From an uncultured cyanobacterium (GTDB lineage Bacteria > Cyanobacteriota > Cyanobacteriia > PCC-6307 > Cyanobiaceae), in assembly GCA_963765575.1 (NCBI GenBank), contig CAVXWZ010000001.1:96001-160000 (forward strand): a stretch of DNA of 64,000 bases. Direction: 5' to 3'. The notes below the pieces were generated by a model. The model was not told the origin of the DNA. It did no database searches and saw only the letters and a list, made by a program, of their open reading frames with translations. Both the position numbers and the translations under genes were made by a program. Below, in pieces: positions 50,408-59,198 of this stretch. The first letter of the stretch is position 1. Each line of letters starts with the position of its first letter.

Positions 50408-50644
50408 TCAGTGGGTGGCCAGCACGGTGCTCAGGGGCAACCAGCAGCCCCCTGGCGCCAGCTTCTCCACCAGCAGCGTCTGCTGGCGCTGGCGCGCCTC
50501 CAGCAGCGCGAAGGTCTCGGCGGCGTCGCGGCTGGGAAAGCGTGGGGCCTGCACCTGCTGGGGCACGCTCTGTTCGCGCTCCACATGGGCGCGGACGCGA
50601 TAGGGCCCCTCGCAAGCGGGATGGTCGTTGGGCAACTGGTCCAT
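50408..50644 (-). CDS. Small hypothetical protein
   Basis: 78-aa ORF filling the gap. Confidence 0.6.
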   Translation of the reverse strand: MDQLPNDHPACEGPYRVRAHVEREQSVPQQVQAPRFPSRDAAETFALLEARQRQQTLLVEKLAPGGCWLPLSTVLATH

Positions 50645-50727
50645 GGCCACGATTCTGGAGGCGTTGCGGCGCCAGACCCCAGGGCTTCGGACTTTCCTTG
50701 GCTTGTGGCGCCACCCCCCGCAGGCGC

Positions 50728-50745
50728 TTCACATGGTGTTACAGT
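50728..50745 (+). promoter_or_regulatory. HLR1 (RpaB)-like direct repeat upstream of hli
   Basis: TTCACATG-GT-GTTACAGT, 10-bp period. Confidence 0.5.
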
Positions 50746-50770
50746 TTCGAAATACCCCGCAACATTTCCC

Positions 50771-50914
50771 ATGGACGACACCTCCTCCCGCTTCGGTTTC
50801 GTGGCTTTCGCTGAAACCTGGAATGGCCGCCTTGCCATGATGGGCTTCGTCATCGGCCTGACCACCGAGCTGCTCACCGGCCAGGGCATCCTCTCCCAGA
50901 TCGGCCTGGGCTGA
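50771..50914 (+). CDS. hli: High-light inducible protein
   Basis: AETWNGRLAMMGF...ELLTGQG. Confidence 0.95.
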   Translation: MDDTSSRFGFVAFAETWNGRLAMMGFVIGLTTELLTGQGILSQIGLG

Positions 50915-51030
50915 ACTCAGAGAACCTTTCTTTGAGCCGCTTGAATCGCTCAGCGGCTTGAATCGGTTCAAGTCATCCGATGATCCCGTTGGCTTTGGAG
51001 ATGGTTGCGGCTGATTGCTGCTGACCACGG

Positions 51031-51056
51031 CCCCTGGCGATAGCTGGGGGTTTTTT
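51031..51056 (+). terminator. Intrinsic terminator after hli
   Basis: CCCCTGGC-GATA-GCTGGGGG-TTTTTT. Confidence 0.75.
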
Positions 51057-51089
51057 ATTGCCTGCCCGTCCTTCCCCTCTTCCCTCGCC

Positions 51090-51203
51090 ATGGCCAGTCC
51101 CCGGGAACCCTCAGCCATCGTGGTGAAGCTGCAGATCCTGGCGGCAGTGGCTGTGCCGATGGTGCTGCTGGGGCTGTGGCTGCGCTCCCTGGGATTCTGG
51201 TGA
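51090..51203 (+). CDS. 37-aa single-TM protein
   Basis: One hydrophobic helix ending LRSLGFW. Confidence 0.5.
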   Translation: MASPREPSAIVVKLQILAAVAVPMVLLGLWLRSLGFW

Positions 51204-51213
51204 ATCTTGGCGT

Positions 51214-51849
51214 TCAGTCTCCGCAGCCGCGCTCAACCACCGTGCGGCGCAGCTCGTCCAGTTGCGGCGACACCGGCGAGCGGCGATCGAACAACAGGGT
51301 CCAGGCCAGGGGCACATCGCCGATCTCCAGGGCCTGCTCAAAGGCCGCCAACCAGGTGTCGGCGTTTGCGCCCAGGGTGTTCAGCAGCGCCATGGTCTGG
51401 TCCATCCGCTCGGCGGAGGCGCCCACCAGCTGCACGTGGGCGAAGGTGTCCGAGGCCGCGCCCAGGGGCCGCAGCTGCAGCAGCACCGGCTCCCGCGGCT
51501 CGATCGGCTCGGCCGGCCAGGGCAGTGGCGTGAGGATCGGCCGGGCCCGGCTGCCGCGCTGCAGCCAGGGAGGCTGCTCCTGCCGCTGGATCTGCAGCTC
51601 CAGCAGCGGTTCGACCACCACCAGCATCGGTTCGGGGGTGAGCACGACCCCGTAGGCCTCCATTCCGTCCAGGGCCTCAATGCGGGGGGCCACCACACAC
51701 ACGGCCACGCCGGGCCCCTCGCGGTTGGCCGCCCCTGAGCTCGCCGCCACCGACAGCGGATCCGACCCTCCCAGCATCAGCGTCGCCAGGCAGGCCGCCA
51801 GGGCGGGCAGCCGCAGAGGCGGCGCGGCGGCAGCTCCTGACCCGCCCAT
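51214..51849 (-). CDS. Hypothetical secreted protein
   Basis: 211 aa, signal-like N-terminus. Confidence 0.6.
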   Translation of the reverse strand: MGGSGAAAAPPLRLPALAACLATLMLGGSDPLSVAASSGAANREGPGVAVCVVAPRIEALDGMEAYGVVLTPEPMLVVVEPLLELQIQRQEQPPWLQRGSRARPILTPLPWPAEPIEPREPVLLQLRPLGAASDTFAHVQLVGASAERMDQTMALLNTLGANADTWLAAFEQALEIGDVPLAWTLLFDRRSPVSPQLDELRRTVVERGCGD

Positions 51850-51852
51850 GGC

Positions 51853-52176
51853 TCAGTCCCCCACCGGCGCGCTGATCCGCTCGCCCCCCAGGCCCGTGAG
51901 GCCATAGTCGACCCGGGGCGGAACTGCGGCATGCAGGCGGCGTGTCACCACACCATCGCTTTCCAGGTGGCGCAGCTGGCTGCTGAGCACCTTCTGGCTG
52001 ACGCCCCCGAGGGCCCGCTGATGATCGGAAAAGCGGCGCAGGCCGCCCAGCAGCTCGCCCAGGATCAGCAACTTCCAGCGGCCCTGGATCACGCGCAGCG
52101 CCAGCTCGGCCTTGTATGTGTTGTGATCGTGCCCGTCATCCAAGCCCGTGGGCCGATCCATCGCTGCCGGCTCCAT
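51853..52176 (-). CDS. HxlR family winged-HTH regulator, apparently C-terminally truncated
   Basis: GRWKLLIL, RRFS, VSQKVLSSQLR.LE.DG, VPPRVDY.LT; last helix missing. Confidence 0.7.
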   Translation of the reverse strand: MEPAAMDRPTGLDDGHDHNTYKAELALRVIQGRWKLLILGELLGGLRRFSDHQRALGGVSQKVLSSQLRHLESDGVVTRRLHAAVPPRVDYGLTGLGGERISAPVGD

Positions 52177-52330
52177 CGTGTGCTGATCCACCTCTGGCCT
52201 CAATTGTGTGCTGATCCCAGCGTTACCGCCGGGTGGGTGAGCCACCTTGATGTGCCCTCTTGTGCCCTCGCTGGCCCATGGCACAACATCCAGAAGAGAT
52301 CACCACCCCCCATCCTGCCGCCCCAGTCCC

Positions 52331-52843
52331 ATGACCGACCTGCTCGTGATCGCGGCCAGCAATGGCGAAAACCTCGCCCTGGCTGGGCGCTTCGCCGACG
52401 CCGCCCGCCAGCAGGGCCAGCGGGCTGAGGTGCTGGATCTCACGGACCTGAATCTGCCCCTGTTCACCCCCCGCTGCCAGGCCCTGGGCCTGCCCGCGGA
52501 GCTGCCTGCCCTGCAGCGGCAGCTGATCATGGCCCCCCGCTGGGTGATCTGCGCGCCCGAATACAACGGCTCCATCCCGCCCGTGCTCACCAGCGCCATC
52601 GCCTGGCTGTCGGTGCAGGGTGACGACTTCAGGACCCTGTTCAACGGCCGTCCGGTGGTGATCGCCAGCCACTCCGGCGGCGGCGGCGAGACGCTGATGG
52701 TGGCCCTGCGGCTGCAACTGGCGCATCTGGGGGCCCAGGTGGTGGGCCGCCAGCTGGTGAGCACCGGCGCCAAACCGGCCAAGGAGAGCTCCATCACCGA
52801 CCTGGTGCAGCGCCTGATCAGCCTGCCCGCCCCCCAGGCCTGA
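52331..52843 (+). CDS. NADPH-dependent FMN reductase
   Basis: APEYNGSIPP, SGGGG. Confidence 0.87.
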   Translation: MTDLLVIAASNGENLALAGRFADAARQQGQRAEVLDLTDLNLPLFTPRCQALGLPAELPALQRQLIMAPRWVICAPEYNGSIPPVLTSAIAWLSVQGDDFRTLFNGRPVVIASHSGGGGETLMVALRLQLAHLGAQVVGRQLVSTGAKPAKESSITDLVQRLISLPAPQA

Positions 52844-52855
52844 TCCTCCCCCGTC

Positions 52856-53587
52856 ATGACCTCCACCCCAGTGAGCCCAGCGCCGCTGCTGCGGCCTGCG
52901 GCCGAACGCTTCCACAGCCAGCTCGACTGGCTGGACAGCTGGCACACGTTTTCGTTTGCCGGCCATCACGACCCGGCCTGGATGGGCTTCGGTCCGCTGC
53001 GGGTGATCAACGACGACACCATCGCCGCCGGCCGTGGCTTCGGCATGCACCCCCACCGCGACATGGAGATCGTCACGGTGATGCTCGAAGGCGAGCTCAA
53101 TCACCGCGATTCCCTGGGCCATGCCGCGGTGCTGCGGGCCGGCGAGGTGCAGCGCATGAGTGCCGGCACGGGCGTGGTCCACAGCGAGAGCAACGAGGGC
53201 AGCCAGCCCTGCCGGCTGTTGCAGATCTGGATCGAACCCGCCCAGCAGGGAGGTCCGCCGGCCTACGAGCAGAAGCCGTTCGCCCCCACCCCCACCTGGA
53301 CGGCCCTGCTGGATCCGCAGCGGCGCGCCGGGGCGATGGCCATCGGCCGGCCGGTGCAGCTCTGGCGGGCCCAGCCTGGGCCCGGCACCGTGTTGCCGCT
53401 GCCAGGTGCGGGCTCCCTGGCCCCCAGTCACCACTGGCTGCAGGTCATCGAGGGCTCGCTGGAGCTGGCGGGCCGCTCCCCATCTCCGCTGCGGCGCGGC
53501 GATGGCCTCGGCTGGTTGGCGACCGAGGGCGGAGCCCTGAAGGCAGGCAAGATGGGCGCCGACCTGCTCCTGTTCGCCCTGCGATGA
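52856..53587 (+). CDS. Pirin family protein
   Basis: HTFSF, GFGMHPHRDMEI, MSAGTGVVHSE, LQIWI. Confidence 0.92.
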   Translation: MTSTPVSPAPLLRPAAERFHSQLDWLDSWHTFSFAGHHDPAWMGFGPLRVINDDTIAAGRGFGMHPHRDMEIVTVMLEGELNHRDSLGHAAVLRAGEVQRMSAGTGVVHSESNEGSQPCRLLQIWIEPAQQGGPPAYEQKPFAPTPTWTALLDPQRRAGAMAIGRPVQLWRAQPGPGTVLPLPGAGSLAPSHHWLQVIEGSLELAGRSPSPLRRGDGLGWLATEGGALKAGKMGADLLLFALR

Positions 53588-53667
53588 TCCGGCCCGATCG
53601 CACCCCGGCCAGGCCGCCCCTGGCGTCAAGCCCCGGCGCTCCGCTCTCCGTCGCCTGCTCCCTGGCG

Positions 53668-54060
53668 ATGCTGCAGCCTCCCCGGGGCTATCGCACCCTG
53701 GCCTGGCTGGGGCTGGTGAGCAACGTGCTGGTGCTGCCCCTGGTGCTGCTGGTGATCCTGAACCAGCCCACCTGGCGCACCGTGCACATCGCCGTGGGCT
53801 CGGGGGCCGTGCTGCCCACGGCGGCCGTGGGCATCGTGGCTTCGCTGGCCCTGCTGAAGTGGCGGGCCTGGGGGCAGATCCTGGCCATCGTGGCCCTCTC
53901 GATGAGCCTGGCGGTGGCCCTGCCCTACGGCATCGTGCGTCTGGCCCTGCTCAGCGAAGGCCGCCTGGCCACGGCCGTGATCTCGGCGCTCCTGTGGGCC
54001 GTGATCAGCGCCTGCCTGGTGTTCTGGTGCCGCCCCTGCATCCGCCGCTACCTGGTCTGA
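53668..54060 (+). CDS. Hypothetical 4-TM membrane protein
   Basis: Four hydrophobic helices; start at 53584 or 53668. Confidence 0.65.
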   Translation: MLQPPRGYRTLAWLGLVSNVLVLPLVLLVILNQPTWRTVHIAVGSGAVLPTAAVGIVASLALLKWRAWGQILAIVALSMSLAVALPYGIVRLALLSEGRLATAVISALLWAVISACLVFWCRPCIRRYLV

Positions 54061-54169
54061 GCGCAGCGCCGGCTGGCCACTGGCCCCGGCCTTCCGCAGA
54101 TGTTGTGAAGGTGACAGTCAGCAGCTGTCACAAGGGCCATGATCAGGTCACGATGTGCAGACAGTCGCC

Positions 54170-54445
54170 ATGACCGACACCCTCAGCCCCCATCCGGCGC
54201 AGGCCTTTCACCGGGCTCAGCCCCGTGCTGTCCAGCCCCATGTGCGGCTCTACCGCCTCGTGGATGGTGGGGGAGATCCCCATCCGGTGCTCGACGACCT
54301 CTACGAATCGCTGGAGGCGGCCTGGTCAGAGGCCACCCGCTGGTGGCAGAACCACTGCGGTGCCAGCCAGGACCCCGTGGACATCGGCGTGGAGGTGAGC
54401 ACCGCCAGCGGCGATTGGCGCACCCTGCGCTTTCCCAGCACCTGA
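54170..54445 (+). CDS. Small hypothetical protein
   Basis: YRLVD..G.PHPVLDD.YES...A...GVEVST..GDWRTL. Confidence 0.7.
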   Translation: MTDTLSPHPAQAFHRAQPRAVQPHVRLYRLVDGGGDPHPVLDDLYESLEAAWSEATRWWQNHCGASQDPVDIGVEVSTASGDWRTLRFPST

Positions 54446-54462
54446 TGGTGGCTTGCGGGGCA

Positions 54463-55002
54463 TCAGCGCCAGTCGGGCCGGTAGATCCGCAGCCGCGCTG
54501 ATCCCAGGGGGGTGGGATTGGGCTTGGGCCCGTCCGGAAAGGCTGTGACCTGGAAGAGATAGGTGCCGGGCACCGAGGGGTTGCGCCAGGGCTTGATCGT
54601 CACGGTGACCGTGGAGCCAGGCGCCACCGGCTCCGGGAAACGCACGCGCAGGGCGCGCTCCACCTCGAGGAACTCGGCCTCCACCGCAATCGCCGCTCCC
54701 CGTCCGCGGGGCCGGCCCTCAAAGGCCTGGGTGCGATCCAGGCTGAAGGGAAAGATCCGATCCGGTCCCGAGCTCTGGCGGATCAGCAGGCCGCCCAGGG
54801 AGGCGCCTGCCGCTTCATCGAGCTCCACGGTGAAGAAATACTCGGCCCGGGGATCCCCCACGTCGGTGCGGTAGCTCACCAGATCCGCCTTCCACGGCGG
54901 GCGGGTGAAGAAGGTGGAGCCGCGCAGTTCCAGGGCTGCGGTCGGGGCCGCCAGAAGCGGGGCGACCAGGGCGATGCCGATCCCAAAGCCGGAGCGCACC
55001 AT
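54463..55002 (-). CDS. DUF2808 family secreted protein
   Basis: F..PP, FPEPVAPG, RNP..PGTYLF.V.AFP.G. Confidence 0.8.
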   Translation of the reverse strand: MVRSGFGIGIALVAPLLAAPTAALELRGSTFFTRPPWKADLVSYRTDVGDPRAEYFFTVELDEAAGASLGGLLIRQSSGPDRIFPFSLDRTQAFEGRPRGRGAAIAVEAEFLEVERALRVRFPEPVAPGSTVTVTIKPWRNPSVPGTYLFQVTAFPDGPKPNPTPLGSARLRIYRPDWR

Positions 55003-55018
55003 GGGGACTCGCACGGGA

Positions 55019-56311
55019 TCAAACCCTAGAGCCGGCCTGGAGGAACGGCTGCGGGTCCTGATCCAGACGCTGGCGCAGGGGGATCGCCATGCCCTGGGCA
55101 GCGGGATCGCGGGGATCGAGCAGCGCCGTTCCCTCCAGCGCGGTGCGCAGCAGGCGGGCGGCGTGCAGCGGCATGTCCCTGGGCACGCTGATGCGATCGC
55201 GCAGGTAACGCAGGCCCGCGGCGCTACCGGCTGGTGGGGCGATCTCCCCGGCGCCCATCAGGCGGGTGAGGGCACAGCGCAGGGGCAGATCGAAGCCCTC
55301 GCTGCCAAGGGGATTGCGGGCCAGCAGGGTGCGGTGGTGGCGCAGCACCCGGGCCAGGGCGGTGGCAGCGGCGTTGGCGGGCGGCGGCTGGCTGGTTTCC
55401 GGGTCGGTGTCACCGCCATCGAGGATCGGCCAGGGCCCGTGATCGATGCGCTGTGCCAGGGCCCGCTGGGCCGCGCTGTTGTTGGCGTGACAGCCCCCCA
55501 TCTGGGGTGGCAGGTCGTGGGCGTGGGTGTGGAAATCGCTCTGGGTGCCGAGGTAGCTGGAGCGCTGTTCCAGGCCGCAGAACCAGCGCTCGATGGCGGG
55601 GTGCTGCTGCCGCAGCAGGAAACCTTTGTAATACGCCAGCGACGCGTTCATGCGCTCCAGATAAGGCACGAACACCAGATCGGCGGTGCCCAGCTCCTCC
55701 CCCAGCAGAAAGGCTCCACTCCGTCGTTCCAGCTCCCGCTCCATGGCCGCCGCCAGCCGCTGGAACCGCTCCCGGGCCCGGGCATCGGTGGCGGCTGGAT
55801 GGGGGTAGCAGAGCCATTCGCACCAGGCCCGGAACAGCTCCCGCTCCAGCCGCCGCAGGGGCAGCACGGCGCTGTCCTGCATGCCGGGCCCGAGGCTGCC
55901 GAAGGCCGCTTCGAGGGCCTCGAGGATGCGGTCGCTCTCGGTGATCAGCTGTCCGTCGAGTTCGAGGGCCGGCAGCATGCCCGAGGGCACCAGCCGCCGG
56001 AACCAGGCCTCCTTGTCCCCGTAGCAGACCATCGTGACCTTGCGCACCCGGTAGGGGATGCGCCGCTCCTCCAGCCACAGCCACACCTTCTGGCAGTAGG
56101 GGCACCAGGCGTGGTGATCGCGATAGAGGGTCACGCGCACGGCCGCCTCCTGCTGGCCGAACAGCCGCAGCAGGGCCCGGGAGCTGGCGGGTCCGTCGGG
56201 GCTGGCGGGGCTGGCGGCGCCGGCGGTCCGGGCCTCCAGCTGGCTCCAGCTCAGGGGCTGGCCAGCTCGCGCCGGGGCGTTGCCGCTTTCTAGGTTCAGG
56301 GTCTTGACCAC
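55019..56311 (-). CDS. Glutathione S-transferase family protein (start uncertain: GTG 56311 or ATG 56329)
   Basis: [27 protein letters not shown]. Confidence 0.88.
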   Translation of the reverse strand: MVKTLNLESGNAPARAGQPLSWSQLEARTAGAASPASPDGPASSRALLRLFGQQEAAVRVTLYRDHHAWCPYCQKVWLWLEERRIPYRVRKVTMVCYGDKEAWFRRLVPSGMLPALELDGQLITESDRILEALEAAFGSLGPGMQDSAVLPLRRLERELFRAWCEWLCYPHPAATDARARERFQRLAAAMERELERRSGAFLLGEELGTADLVFVPYLERMNASLAYYKGFLLRQQHPAIERWFCGLEQRSSYLGTQSDFHTHAHDLPPQMGGCHANNSAAQRALAQRIDHGPWPILDGGDTDPETSQPPPANAAATALARVLRHHRTLLARNPLGSEGFDLPLRCALTRLMGAGEIAPPAGSAAGLRYLRDRISVPRDMPLHAARLLRTALEGTALLDPRDPAAQGMAIPLRQRLDQDPQPFLQAGSRV

Positions 56312-56327
56312 CGTGTCGCGAAGCTCC

Positions 56328-56846
56328 ATGTTTGATGCCTTCACCAAGCTGATTGCCCAGGCCGATGCCCGCGGCGAATTCCTCAGCCAGGGCCAGATCG
56401 ATGCCCTGTCCGCCATGGTGGCGGATGGCAACAAGCGGATGGATGCCGTCAACCGCATCACCTCCAACGCCTCCGCCATCGTCACCAACGCGGCCCGCGA
56501 TCTCTTCGAGGCCCAGCCCGCCCTGATCGCCCCTGGTGGCAACGCCTACACCCATCGCCGCATGGCTGCCTGCCTGCGCGACATGGAGATCATCCTCCGC
56601 TACGTCACCTACGCCGTCTTCACCGGTGACGCCTCCGTGCTGGAAGACCGTTGCCTCAATGGCCTGCGTGAGACCTACCTCGCCCTCGGCGTCCCCGGCG
56701 CCTCGGTCGCTGAAGGCGTGCGCAAGATGAAGGACGCCGCCGTCTCCATCGCCAACGACCGCAACGGCATCACCCCCGGCGACTGCTCCGCTCTGATGAG
56801 CGAGATCGGCACCTACTTCGATCGCGCCGCCGCCGCTGTCGGCTGA
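56328..56846 (+). CDS. cpcB: Phycocyanin beta subunit (no adjacent cpcA)
   Basis: [36 protein letters not shown]; 172 aa. Confidence 0.95.
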   Translation: MFDAFTKLIAQADARGEFLSQGQIDALSAMVADGNKRMDAVNRITSNASAIVTNAARDLFEAQPALIAPGGNAYTHRRMAACLRDMEIILRYVTYAVFTGDASVLEDRCLNGLRETYLALGVPGASVAEGVRKMKDAAVSIANDRNGITPGDCSALMSEIGTYFDRAAAAVG

Positions 56847-56892
56847 ACCGCACCGCACCGCCATCGGCCGGCGTGCTCCCGATCCCCACAAC

Positions 56893-56921
56893 AAAAGCCC
56901 GGGCTGTCAGGCCCGGGCTTC
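56893..56921. terminator. Terminator between cpcB and the PII gene, probably bidirectional
   Basis: AAGCCCGGGC-TGTCAG-GCCCGGGCTT; U-tract on the minus strand. Confidence 0.75.
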
Positions 56922-56975
56922 GTGTTGGCAGAAGGTCGCTGGGGCACGGCCTCAGGTGGTGCAGCGGGAAGCTGC

Positions 56976-57317
56976 TCAGCCCACGGTGACCTCGCCGCTT
57001 TCGCCGGTGCGGATGCGGATGGTGGTCTCCACCGGCAGGACAACGAGCTTGCCGTCGCCGGCTTTGCCGGTGCGGGCAGCAGTGGCGATGGCTTCGATCA
57101 CGCTGTCGACTTTGTCGTCGTTGACGACCGTGGTGATCATCACCTTGGGCAGGAAGCGGGCGTCCACCTTCACGCCGCGGTAAACCTCGGTGTGGCCCAG
57201 TTGCTGACCGAAGCCCTGCACGGTGTGCACCGTCATGCCATTGATGCCAACGGCCACGAGGGCGTCTTTCACCGGGTCGAGCTTCTCGGGGCGAATGACG
57301 GCTTGGATCTGTTTCAC
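56976..57317 (-). CDS. glnK: PII family protein, non-canonical GlnK-like
   Basis: IRPEKL, GFG.Q, YRG, RTG..GDGK, RIRTGE; divergent from amt. Confidence 0.85.
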   Translation of the reverse strand: MKQIQAVIRPEKLDPVKDALVAVGINGMTVHTVQGFGQQLGHTEVYRGVKVDARFLPKVMITTVVNDDKVDSVIEAIATAARTGKAGDGKLVVLPVETTIRIRTGESGEVTVG

Positions 57318-57515
57318 GCGATACCAGTGAGATCGCTCTCTGTTTAGGGGCTGAGCTGGCTGCGGTCTGTAGCAATGGCAGCAGCTTTGCCAGCCGATGG
57401 CGGTGGGCCCGCGTCTGCTGCGGGCCTCTCCTTGGCGCCAGTCTTCCGGCTGCCGCCCCCGACGTCAGCCCCTCAACACAGCCGCAGGGCCGCAAGGGGG
57501 GGCTGGGGACATTTT

Positions 57516-57557
57516 GTAGCGGATCGAACATCGGCGGGACGGGTGAGGCCGCATTGT
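57516..57557 (+). promoter_or_regulatory. NtcA-type promoter of amt
   Basis: GTA-N8-AAC (57516-57529) flanked by T/A, a 22-nt spacer, then -10-like CATTGT. Confidence 0.65.
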
Positions 57558-57624
57558 CTCTGCCGATGGATGTTTCAAACACATCCCATTCCCGTTCCCG
57601 TGCAGCCGTCCTTCCGAACTGCCC

Positions 57625-59061
57625 ATGACCATTGCTTCCCCCCCTCCCAGGCGCCCCAGGCGGCTGCAGGAGGCAAGCCTGCTTGAGGCGCCGTCTCTGA
57701 TGCTGCGCAGCATCCGTGGTTTGGCATCGCAGCGCTCCCTCACCTGGTTGGCCTGTGTCCCCCTGGCCTTGCTCGGCCTCGGGGTGTTCAACCTCTCGGC
57801 CCATGCCGCTGAGTTGCCAGAGCTGACCACGGCCTTCCTGGCCAACAACCTGTTCATCTTTGTCTGCGCGATTCTCGTCATTTTCATGAATGCCGGCTTC
57901 GCCATGGTGGAGTCGGGGATGTGCCGCCAGAAAAATGCGGTCAACATCCTGCTCAAGAACCTGATCGTCTTCGCCCTGGCAGCCACTGCTTACTGGTTCA
58001 TCGGCTACTCCGTGATGTACGGGGACTCGGTGCTGGGTGGCTGGCTCTTCTTCAAGGGTCTGTTCTTCGATCCCGCTGTCACCCCTGAAATGGTGACTGA
58101 AGGATCGTTGGTTCCCACCGTCGACTTCTTCTTCCAGGTGGCCTTCGCCGCCACCGCCGCCACGATCGTTTCCGGCCTTGTGGCTGAGCGCATCAAGTTC
58201 GGTGAGTTCGTCATCTTCTCCCTGGTGCTGGTTGGGATCCTCTATCCCATCTCCGGCTCCTGGCAGTGGAACGGGGGCTGGCTCTCTGAGCTCGGTTTCC
58301 TCGATTTCGCTGGATCCTCGATCGTGCACTCCTTCGGTGCCTGGGCCGGTCTGGTGGGTGCCTGCCTGCTCGGACCCCGCATCGGCAAGTTTGTGGGCGG
58401 CAGGCCCCAGGCCCTGCCCGGTCACAACATGGCCATTGCCACCCTGGGTTGCCTGATCCTGTGGATCGGCTGGTACGGCTTCAACCCCGGCTCCGTTCTG
58501 GCCATGGACCAGACGGTTCCCTTCGTGGCTGTCACCACCACCCTGGGTGCGGCCGGTGGCGGCATCTCCGGCACCCTGGTCTCCCAGATCCGTGGCGGCA
58601 AGCCTGATCTGACGATGACCATCAACGGCATCCTCGCCGGTCTGGTGAGCGTCACCGCCGGTTGCGATGGCGTCACGATGTACGGGGCCTGGATCATGGG
58701 CTTCATCGGCGGCGCCCTGGTGGTGTGGTCGGTGGGTCTGCTGGATTCCCTGCAGATCGACGACCCTGTGGGTGCGTTCTCCGTGCACGGCACCTGCGGC
58801 ATCTGGGGCACCCTGGCGGTGGGCCTGTTCAACACCGACAGTGGCCTCTTCTACGGCCATGGCTTCGGCCAGCTGGGCGCCCAGATTGTCGGGGTCATTG
58901 CCTACGGCCTGTTTGCGGCCGTCTCCGCCTGGATCGTCTGGTCGATCATCGGGGCCCTCTTTGGGGGCATCCGGGTCACCGAAACCGAGGAGGTTGAGGG
59001 TCTGGACATCGGCGAGCACGGCATGGAGGCCTATCCCGATTTCGCGGCCAGCGCCAAGTGA
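57625..59061 (+). CDS. amt1: Ammonium transporter
   Basis: [56 protein letters not shown]. Confidence 0.95.
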   Translation: MTIASPPPRRPRRLQEASLLEAPSLMLRSIRGLASQRSLTWLACVPLALLGLGVFNLSAHAAELPELTTAFLANNLFIFVCAILVIFMNAGFAMVESGMCRQKNAVNILLKNLIVFALAATAYWFIGYSVMYGDSVLGGWLFFKGLFFDPAVTPEMVTEGSLVPTVDFFFQVAFAATAATIVSGLVAERIKFGEFVIFSLVLVGILYPISGSWQWNGGWLSELGFLDFAGSSIVHSFGAWAGLVGACLLGPRIGKFVGGRPQALPGHNMAIATLGCLILWIGWYGFNPGSVLAMDQTVPFVAVTTTLGAAGGGISGTLVSQIRGGKPDLTMTINGILAGLVSVTAGCDGVTMYGAWIMGFIGGALVVWSVGLLDSLQIDDPVGAFSVHGTCGIWGTLAVGLFNTDSGLFYGHGFGQLGAQIVGVIAYGLFAAVSAWIVWSIIGALFGGIRVTETEEVEGLDIGEHGMEAYPDFAASAK

Positions 59062-59132
59062 GTTCTGGGGGCAGCGTGAACCTTCGGGTCTGAAGCGCTG
59101 CCCGCTCGCCGCTCACCGACTTCAAGAGCACC

Positions 59133-59161
59133 AAGGCCCGCGGCATGCCGCGGGCCTTTTT
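59133..59161 (+). terminator. Terminator after amt
   Basis: AAGGCCCGCGGCATGCCGCGGGCCTT followed by a T-run. Confidence 0.8.
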
Positions 59162-59170
59162 CATCGCCTG

Positions 59171-59198
59171 ACCAACTGCGTCACACCAACTGCGTCAC
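59171..59198. repeat. Two tandem 14-bp copies at the hemN stop
   Basis: ACCAACTGCGTCAC x2, then a partial third copy. Confidence 0.7.
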
